The translations under genes were made by a program, and so were the position numbers. A stretch of 63,329 nucleotides of DNA, counting the filler, from Reclinomonas americana ATCC 50394 (taxonomy: Eukaryota): NCBI GenBank assembly GCA_048213135.1. It is 12 parts of 12 records of this genome, joined end to end, with 100 filler letters (N's around TTAATTAATTAA, not from the genome) between each part and the next. Parts side by side here need not be neighbours in the genome. Positions count along the whole stretch, not along the records: positions 53,726 to 60,197 come from AFZH01018484.1; positions 60,298 to 61,715 come from AFZH01018486.1; positions 61,816 to 63,329 come from AFZH01018487.1; 9 more parts are not named here. One strand, 5' to 3'. The first letter of the stretch is position 1; each line of letters starts with the position of its first letter. Below the pieces are notes generated by a model. That model saw only the letters and a list, made by a program, of their open reading frames with translations. It was not told the DNA's origin and searched no databases. Positions 54,271 to 63,329 of the stretch are shown piece after piece.

Positions 54271-54390
54271 GGTGGCGATGTGGTGGTGGTGGTGGTGAAA
54301 AACATGTAAAGCAATGTGAATGCATCGAAATAGAAAAGGGCGAAGAAGCTCTCATTTGTGCATTAGCGACTACAATTACAACAACAACAT

Positions 54391-57300
54391 TTATTCCTGC
54401 TCACGATGAGCATGCGAACACCTGGAGGCGCTCGTGCGCACTCCGTCACCACTGCCAGGGGCGCCATGCTCGTCGTCATCGTCGTGCGCATGTCCCTTGG
54501 TCTTGCCCTTCTTGCCACCTGCCTTGCCCTTCTTCTTCTTTGCCTTCTTGCTCGCTTTCTTCTTGGGCGACGACGCATCGGCAGCCGCATGTGCCGACAG
54601 GGACGACGTCGGCGCCAACTCTTCTTCCTCCGGCTCGACGTCGCAGGCGAGCGTGTCGTTGATGAGATCGTTGATCAAATCCACACATTCGTCGAGCGAA
54701 AGCAGCCGCCGGAAGCGCGCGGTGGATCCGCGTCGCTGGTGCGAGACGTACAGGCGGCGGCGCCAGACGACCATGTCGGTGACCTTGTTTTGCACGTCCT
54801 CTCTGCGGGTGGAGAGGAGGGGTGAGTGGCAGCAAGAGGCCAAGGAGCAAGTAATGCATGCTCGATCAAGAGTGCTCAACGGCAGCAACAAGAGAAGAAG
54901 TCCACACACACAAACAATCCTCTCCTGTGAAAGACAATCGAGACAGGACAGACTCCAGAGGAAGACACCGTGCAAGCATGCTCGCTCTATTGCACTCACT
55001 CCCATCAATGAGGGCATCGGGGACAGGCTCAAAAGGAGGAGTTGCGATCTGAATCATACAGGTTCTCTCACTTGCAAGCTCTCCAACCAACTCAAGAGGA
55101 AGAGGAGTCGCATTCCTCGCCAGGCATGCTCGCTCCATCACTCAATAATCACAGAGACCCAATAAACTCAAGAACAGAATACCACAACAACAATAGCATC
55201 GAGTCACAACAGACTCTGGAGGAGTTCCGCTTCACATCGCACAATCTCGCTCTTTGCATCCAAGACCTTGTATCAAGTCACCCTTTCTCTCACCGCATAC
55301 GAAACAATGAACCCGCACCATCCCCCAGCTTCCTCGCTCACAAATCTCTCTCGTACTCTCTGCACACATACCAACACTCAAACACACACTACATCAAAAC
55401 ATAGCACACACAAACAAGCAAACAGAACACAGCGCACCACCACACTCCCATTCAAAGACTCTCTCTCTCGTATCTCTCTCTCGCACACTCGCTCTCTCTC
55501 ACCGCCTGCCCACCGCTTCCCTTCTCCCCTTACCCCTCTCCTCTCCCTTTTCCCTCTTTCGCCGCAACTCGGATATCAAATCCGTCTTGGGCGTCGCCAT
55601 AATCAACCGCGAACGCACATCTCGCAGCTGCGCCACATTGATGCCCGCACGCCGCATGAGCACCGCCAGTGTCACTGACTGCGGCTCCGACAACCACGAC
55701 CGTGGCTGCCGCTCACGCCCGCCTCCCGGCACCGCGTGAAGCATGCGCAAGAGACCGACAACGCGGAGATAGTTGGCCTCCAGCTGACAGCGCCAGGCGC
55801 ACAAGGTGGTGCGGAAGGCGCGTTGCAGGCAGTGCAGAGAGCGCGAGAAGCGGTGGATGGCGCGAACGCACTGCAATGGTGTGAACAGAAAAGCGAAAGT
55901 GTACGATAGAGAGACGAGTGCACAAACCATCTCCGATCGATTGTGATCCACAATCGACTGGCGAATCAGGCCAGTGAGACGACGCACGCGGTGCCGGTGG
56001 AGGCGGAACTGAATGAGACGAATGTTTCTGGCAGAAGAACAGCTGATGAGCAGCTGGTGAGATGACAGAAGTGACACAAGGAGCGCAACTCTTCGATCAC
56101 GCGAATGGCGTGTAGACGGCGCAGAATCTTGAGCTGCACACGGGGCCACAAACGCAGTTGAAGAGTGCGTGCCGCATGCTGTCGTCTCCGTTTCTCGCGT
56201 TGGCGAGAGACCAAGACCTGGTGACACGAACAGTGAGCCATCCTCCTCCTTTCATCGCTCTCTCCCTTCCCAACACACCTGCGCCGACTCGTGCCACATT
56301 TCCACACCGCGCACCGCCACCGACAAAATCACCCACTGCCTCACGCACGGGCGCATGCGCACCACGTGTAACCGCTTGTCCACCTCCTGCACGGCACGCT
56401 CCGTGCGTTGCTCTGTGGCCACCACCTCGGCCACCTGCCGCTCGTGCTCCTGCACGAAGAGCTCCTTGCGGATCTCGCGAGCCTGATGCAGGCGCTGGTC
56501 GCGGACCTCGGCCTGCGAGAGGGGGAGGGGGGTGGGGGAGAAGGGGGAGGTGAGGGGGATGAGGGAAGGAGAAAGAGAGTAAAGGGGGAAGAGGGTACGA
56601 GAAATAAGGAACGTCTTTCTTTCTCATTCTCATTTTCTTGGTCTTCTTTTTCTTCTTCTTTCAACAGGGAGGACGTAGAAGTGGTGCATAGTATCAGAAA
56701 CACTGGCGAAGAGAAGTAAAACTGAATGTGTGAGGGGTGCAGACGAGGTAGCGAAGAGAAACCGAGTGGACTGAGACCAAACGAGTGAGTAAGAAAGTGA
56801 AGTGGTGGCGAGTGCCAGATACACTGGCGACGTGAACAATGACTGAAAAGAGCGAGTAAAACTAAGTGTGTGAAGAACATGGCACAATGGAAAGAGAAAG
56901 AAAGCGTGAGTGAGACAGTGATTGATGGAGAGACAACCAGGCACACAGACGAACAAACTATGAATAGAAGAGCGTATTGAAGAGTGTGAGGCACAATGGC
57001 ACAATGGAAAGAGAAAGAAAGTGTGACTGAGATAGTGATTGATGGAGAGACAGCTAGGCACACAGACGAACAGAACTGTGAACAGAAGAGCGAGTATTAT
57101 AGAGTGTGAGGCACAATGGCACAATGGCAAGAGAGAAACAGAGCGAGGAGACAGTGGGCAATAAAGTGAACACATGGCACACTTACAACGAGAAACAGCG
57201 CGGACACAGGCGAGAAAGTGAGTGGGAGGTCGATGAAGAGACAACGAGGTACATCAGAGATTGATAGAGGGAGAGTGAGACAACGGACAGCGAAGAAGCA

Positions 57301-59929
57301 AGGCACATTGGCAAGGAGAATCCGAGTGCACTACAACCAAGCAGAGCGTGCAACTGTGTGAGAGGCGGTGGAATGCAGAAACAAACAAAGGCTGCGTCAC
57401 GCAGATCGAGAGAGATGCCATGCGAGTGCGGGAGGATGACACGGGAAGAGAGCGGGAACGGCAGACAAGCACACACCGCAAACAAACAGACGAAAACTAC
57501 GACGGAAAACAAGCGTACTACAGGAAATACTGGCACAGAGAACAAGAGATAGAGAGACGCAACATGCTTGGCGCACGCATCAATAATCGCCGTCGGCGAC
57601 CACTCAAACGCGAGTCGCTTGTTGCGATCGACAAGATCACGCCGCCGTGGTGTCAACTGCTCGGGCTGATTGCCAGGTTCTTGCATTTTCTCTGCAAAGT
57701 CTCACGCTCAGCCAAACACCGCCTACACCGCAATCTTCCCCAGCAACAAACCCACTCACCAACTTCCTGCACCTTGCGCAGCAGCTCGGTGGGTCTTTCG
57801 AGATAATACTTGACACGATCGTCGATGCGCTCGCGCAGCATGCGCGGAGAGAGGTAGATTGGAGAGCGTTCCTTGTCGGCCTCCGCGGTAATCACCACGG
57901 CCGTGGCAGCCGGCACAAAGCGCGCGAGTGGCGACACATTGTCCATGGATGAGCGCACCGACGGCTTTCCGACGGAGCGCGGGGAGGTATTCGCACCAGC
58001 GGTGGGCGACTGAAACGACTGGCCCTTGCGCGGACTGCCGACAAGCGACGACTTTCGAGGCGACGCCATTATCGCCGCACCGGTGGGTGAACCAAAGGTG
58101 GCATCTGCGAGCTGGGGTTGAGAAGACGGAAAAGGGGAAGGCGCAAAACCAAGCTGTGTGCACGCACCCATGTCGTCCATGTCGTCGCTGTCACGGGCAC
58201 GCACGCGTCGCTCCAGCGTCTGCAGAATCGACTTGAACTCCTGCTGCACCTCCTCCACGGGTCGTTGATTCACATCGGAGAGGAGCAGGGGCGCCGGGTG
58301 CAGCGAGTCGCGGAGCGTGCGGCGGCGGGCAGATCTGGGGGGACGAGGGATGAGGCGCAGGGGAGAGAAGAGAGACTCCTTTGTGCACGCAGCGCAACTG
58401 TGCAGCCACCGGTAATGGTGGGTTCTGTCGCAGTGGAGTAGGAGGCGGTCGAGGCACGAAGGCCAGGTCAGCAGCGGCCTTTTTGCGCGGTGACGTGGCG
58501 ACGCCACGTGCAGAGGCGGACTTGTTGCCGGCGAATCGCGGTGGCGATGTGCGAGTGCTCAGTAGTGGTGGGACGTGACGAGCGCGGGGGGAGGAGGAAG
58601 TGGGGTGGCTGGTGGTGGTGAGGGAGCTGGGAGGGAGGGGAAGGGGGAAGGGGGGAAGGATGAGAAGGGAGAAGTGAGATGACAACATGACGTGATGAAT
58701 AGTGAGGAAGAGCGAATGGGCACGAGAGGAGGAATACGGCAGAAAACAAGAGGCGTAAGCTGATGGGAATAGAGAATGCGACCTGAAGCGAGGAGAACGA
58801 CTCGAAAACAAGAGGAAAAAGTTGACACATATGGATGATGAGTCCAAGAACGAGATGAAGATCAAGAGAAAGCAAATGAACACGGCAAGAAAACACGAGA
58901 GATGAATGAACGATTAACGCAGCGAAGAGGACGTGATGAGAACGGCAACAAAACAGAAGCAAACAGCGACACAACGTGGCGAAGAGAAAGAATGAAACAC
59001 GAGGCGAGGAGAACAGCACGAGAAACAAGAGCCACACGTTGACAGGAACGAATGATGACGAGCATGACTTCCAAACAAAACCAGGAGAATGGACAGGAAT
59101 GTGACACAAGGCGACGAGAATGGAACGAAAAAGATGACAGACACGAAGAGAACGTGATGAGAACGGCAACAAAAGAGGAGCAAATAGTCGACAGATAATC
59201 GACTGAAGAGATCAGAATGGCAACAAAAGAGTAAAAAGTCGACAGATAATCGAATGAAGAGAACGTGATGAGAATGCGACAAACGAGCAAAAAAGTCGAC
59301 AGATAAACGCATGAAGAGATCATGATGAGAACCGGATGAGAATGGCAAAAAATCGACAGATAAACACATGAAGAGATCATGATGAGAACGTGATGAGAAT
59401 GGCACAAAAGCGATAGAGCAACGCATGAAGAGATCATAATGAGAACGAGATGAGAACGGCAACAAAAGAGGAGCAAAAGTCGACAGATAAACGCATGAAG
59501 AGAATGATGAGATCACGATGAGAACGGCAACAATGGAGCAAAAAAGCGACAGATAATCGACTGAGGAGATCATAATGAGAACGTGATGAGAATGGCAACC
59601 AAAAAAGAGAAGCAGAAGTCGACACATTAACGCATGAAGAGATCATCATGAGAACGCGATGAGAATGGCAGAAAGTCGACAGATAATCGCACGAAGAGAT
59701 CACGATGAAAACGTAATGAAAACCAACAGAGAATGTGGAGTAAAGACGAACATAATGGCAAACACAATCTTCCGCACGTCTCTCTTTCTCACACACTCTC
59801 TCATTTCTGTTTGCATTATTCAATCACTCACGTGAACGAGAGATGCGGTTGAGCTCCTCGCGCAGACACATTGCCTCGCAATGAGGGCAGTGAGAGAGCA
59901 GGAGGAGCGGCACGAGGGCTCCTGCTCAT
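54391..59929 (-). CDS. Hypothetical helical/coiled-coil protein with IQ-like segments and Lys-rich C-terminus; exon model approximate
   Basis: Series of coding-like segments with phase-compatible GT-AG junctions; IQFRLHRHRVRR and LQRAFR motifs. Confidence 0.55.
58900..59720. repeat. Intronic degenerate minisatellite, about 10 copies of a 55-70 bp unit
   Basis: Unit approximately AAAGTCGACAGATAAACGCATGAAGAGATCATGATGAGAACGTGATGAGAATGGCAAC. Confidence 0.9.
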
Positions 59930-60297
59930 GTGTGTGAGTGAGAGTGAGTGAGGGACAGTTCGGCGAGCGCGAGCCGTGTCTGTCCACGTACTTGTGATGA
60001 GTGCAGCGGGCGATGTGGTTAGACAGGTGTGTGAGGAGTGTGTGTATGTGTGTGTGAGAGAATGAGTGGCACAAAGAATTGGAAAAAATGAGCGAGACAA
60101 TTTTGCATGTGTGAATGAGAGAGAGAGAGAGTGAGGGAGTGTGTGCAGTGAGTGACGCCTAAGTCGTCACCTAACTCGACATTAGGCGTCGGATAAGNNN
60201 NNNNNNNNNNNNNNNNNNNNNNNNNNNNNNNNNNNNNNNNNTTAATTAATTAANNNNNNNNNNNNNNNNNNNNNNNNNNNNNNNNNNNNNNNNNNNN

Positions 60298-60463
60298 CAA
60301 CAACAAATTCATTCACCAACAAACAAGCAACAGCTGTCTTGATGACCAAGTTCAACCGCATCCAAAACGTCAACACAGACACCAATCTTGAGGCAGCAGC
60401 AGGTTCCTTGTGAGTGCATGTTCGCTCTCGGAGCTCCGAACAAGTCGAGAACTGCGATCTTCA
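60298..60463 (+). mobile_element. Dispersed repeat family copy at contig start
   Basis: Near identical to 39835-40092 (reverse complement) over about 165 bp. Confidence 0.75.
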
Positions 60464-60926
60464 TCATGGTCGATGAGGTGTTGCTCTGTTGCATTGTAGG
60501 TGAACACGATGACACCTGTCTGTCGGAAGACGCTGGGGAAGAGTGTGGGAGGCGACAAGTAATTGAGAAACTTCGGCAGCAAAACCGAACACTCCGAACA
60601 CAAGTGTCAATGAGGTGCTGCTGTGTTGCATTGCAGACATGTATGGCAGCTGGGCTGTTTCTTACACTTGTCCTATCCCCTCTCCCTTCCCTTCTCTTCT
60701 CCCTTCTCCCTTTTCCCCCTTCCTCTCATCACATTGGCAACATCCCGTTCATAAAAACTAATTAACCACCACTCGCGGCAGGACAACGAACAGGGACGAC
60801 GCAGAGACACAGAGACAGACGGAGAAGAGGGCGCGGCTGCAAAGACAGTGTGTTGTGGCGAAAGAGTATACAAAAAACAGCGAGGGAGAAGGCAGCAGCA
60901 CGCACTTGCCAGCAAGAATCACCTCC

Positions 60927-61815
60927 TCACTGGTCCACCATGTTGACCTTGACCAGCTTGCCGTCGTCCTGGTTCCTCAGAATGACGGTGGAGAATTGCT
61001 CGGCCACCGAGTACACCACGCTGTACTCGCCCACCAGGAAACCGTCATTGTGAATGACGTTCGAGGGCATGTAGATCGAGAAGCCGTACGGGATGCGGAA
61101 GCCAGAGAAGCAGTACGAGTCGCCGTCCTTCTTGCCCATGAGGAGATAGCCGCGGGCCTCCGGGTTCAGCGGTTGGTGGTAGTGCGGGCGGTCGTGGTAC
61201 TCCACGTACACACCTGTGGAGAGAGGGGAAGGGGGACGTGAGGGAAAGAGAGGGAAAGGGGGGAGGTGATGGGAAGGAAAAGGGAGAGTGAATGGCGAGG
61301 GAGAGGGGAGAGGGAGCGAAGGGTGAGAGGCAGAGAGGGCAAGGGAGAGAGGGAGAGAGAGGGTGAGGGAAGAGGGGGGAAGGAGAGGGAAAGCGAGGAG
61401 GTGAGGGAAAGGAAAAGGGAGAGTAAACGGCGAGTGTGAGGGAGGGAAGGGTGAGAGGCAGAGAGGGACAGGGAAAGAGGTAGAGAGGGAAAGGGAGGAG
61501 AGAGGAGAGGGAAAGGGGGAGCAGAGGGATAGAAGACAAACAGGCAAGAAGGAGAGATAAGAGTCTCAGAGTGTGGCACAATCTCTGGCACAATTAGAGG
61601 ACTTTGCAGAAGAGGTACAATCTCTTGTTGAAAAAGGACTGAGTTTGAGAAGAGCCAACCTCAAACTCTCCCAAAACGCTCTCGTGCAACAGAGAGTGTG
61701 TTTGTGAGACAGAGANNNNNNNNNNNNNNNNNNNNNNNNNNNNNNNNNNNNNNNNNNNNTTAATTAATTAANNNNNNNNNNNNNNNNNNNNNNNNNNNNN
61801 NNNNNNNNNNNNNNN

Positions 61816-61849
<34 letters not shown>

Positions 61850-63167
61850 AACAGTGAGAGAAGCGATCAGTTCATCAAGTCACATCTTCCCTCCTTTCCG
61901 CCCAATCCCTCTCCTCCTTTCCCTTCATCATCAACTCACCACCACCAAGCTCGCCCTTCTGCAGGTAGTTGACCGAGTACGTCTCACCAATCTGTACCGA
62001 CACAAATCAGCGCACAACTCTTTGCACCAGCCACCACGAGCAGCAACGCACATCCATGAGGCACACGGGCAGGTTCTTCATCGTCGGATCCTTCAGCTGG
62101 AAGCAGTCACCGTGCGCGAGCATCACGGCACCGTACCAAGCGACGCGACCTGTGATTTAGCAGGTGAATATAATGGCTCACTCACTCTTGCTGACTCTCC
62201 CATTCACTCCCTCATTCGTTCTTCACTGCATCCTAGTCTCCAAGCCTCAGACGACGAAAGAGAAAGAGAAAGATGCGTTCACTCATTCCGTTCTTGCCTG
62301 CAGACTCTCCCACTCACTCTCCCTCATGCCTTCTCCACTGCTGATTAGTCTCGATGTCTCAGACGATGCAAGAGAACGAGAAAGATGCTGTCACTCACTA
62401 CCTCCATGCCACCATCGCCGACTCTCCCACTCATTCCCTCATTCCTTCTCCACTGCTTATTAGTCTCGATGTCTCAGACGACGTAAGAGAACAGAGAGAC
62501 GCTCTCACTCATGCCGCTCATGCCACCTTTCCCACTAACGCGGCCCTCATTCCTTCTCACTGCCGATCTAGTCTTCAAGCCTCAAGAGAAAGAGAAAGAT
62601 GCTCACACTCATACCGTTCATGCCACCTTTGCAGACTCTCGGCACTCCCTGAAAGAGAAAGATGCGCTCCTCTCTCTTCCCTCTCCCTTCTCCTCTGCCT
62701 CCCTTCCCCTTGTCCCGTACTCACCAGGCGTGGCCTCCACCGTGGGAATGTTGAGCTCGCCACCATGCATCAGGAACGTGCCGAAACCTGTAACCAACCA
62801 ACAAAACAATCAACAACCAATCCTCCACCTTCTCCCCTTCTATCCCCCACCACTTACCACCCAGAATATTGGCCGCCGCCTCGGCCTCTCCCGACGCCTC
62901 CGTCGTGTCCCATATGGCCTTCACACGCACATGCGTCGGCTCTTCCTTCTCCGGCTCGACCGGCGGCGCGTGCGTCTTGTGGTTGCAGTGCGTGATGCCC
63001 TTCGGGCCGACCTGGTAGTAGCGGCTGGGATCGACAAAGCCCGTAATGGCCACGGTCTCCATAAAGGCGCGCTTGGTCGCACCACGGCGGCGCACCACCA
63101 GCTTGTCGACGTCCTTGCGGATGTCCTTGGGGAGGACCACGCAGGCTTCGTCCGTGTCGAGCGTGCT
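60927..63167 (-). CDS. Hypothetical protein with C-terminal cupin-like metal-binding domain; 5' end outside window, spans a gap
   Basis: GVYVEYHDRPHYHQP..FRIPYGFSIYMPSNVIHNDG resembles cupin motifs 1 (ExH..H) and 2 (G..IYMP..VIH). Confidence 0.6.
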
Positions 63168-63234
63168 CTGAGAAGGGGAAGGAGGAAGGGGGGGAGAATA
63201 AGGAAAGGGAAGGGGAGAAAGGGAAGGGGTAAGC

Positions 63235-63275
<41 letters not shown>

Positions 63276-63288
63276 GAGAGAGGAGGAG

Positions 63289-63323
<35 letters not shown>

Positions 63324-63329
63324 GAGAGG

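Noticed and set aside
58900..59720. CRISPR-like array or snoRNA cluster (many TGATGA)
   Set aside because: Units are degenerate tandem copies without unique spacers, there are no cas genes, and the box C-like words are antisense to the host intron without matching D boxes

Overview
Gene-dense scaffold from an unidentified intron-rich, microsatellite-rich microbial eukaryote (protist), using the standard genetic code. Twelve contigs are joined by eleven artificial 100-bp linkers (N44-TTAATTAATTAA-N44). Several genes run across the linkers, so contig order appears real. By hand-splicing GT-AG introns I can support about 19 genes: three WD40 proteins, a large secreted NHL/cadherin-like/PAN protein, a DENN Rab-GEF, RPL27A hosting an intronic U14-like snoRNA, a CD36/LIMP-2 receptor, two IRAK/Pelle-type kinases, a group A glucokinase, a PPR protein, a small SET protein, a MORN protein, an F420/NADP oxidoreductase-family gene, a degenerate eEF1A-derived pseudo-GTPase, a PH-domain 5' fragment, GID8, a cupin-like protein and two hypotheticals. 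The main signals are: (1) a shared, apparently unnamed ~55-aa C-terminal two-helix tail on three WD40 proteins and the dead-GTPase eEF1A homologue, suggesting a modular adaptor system; (2) an abundant atypical 5' splice-site class (non-G|GTTGCG); (3) a recurring C-rich-left / G-rich-right compositional switch around coding blocks, which makes the ends of long introns complementary; (4) NHL propellers nested inside Fn3-like domains; (5) a U14 whose methylation guide is shifted by 3 nt; (6) a dense dispersed repeat family. All family assignments come from motif recognition by eye; no database searches were run.
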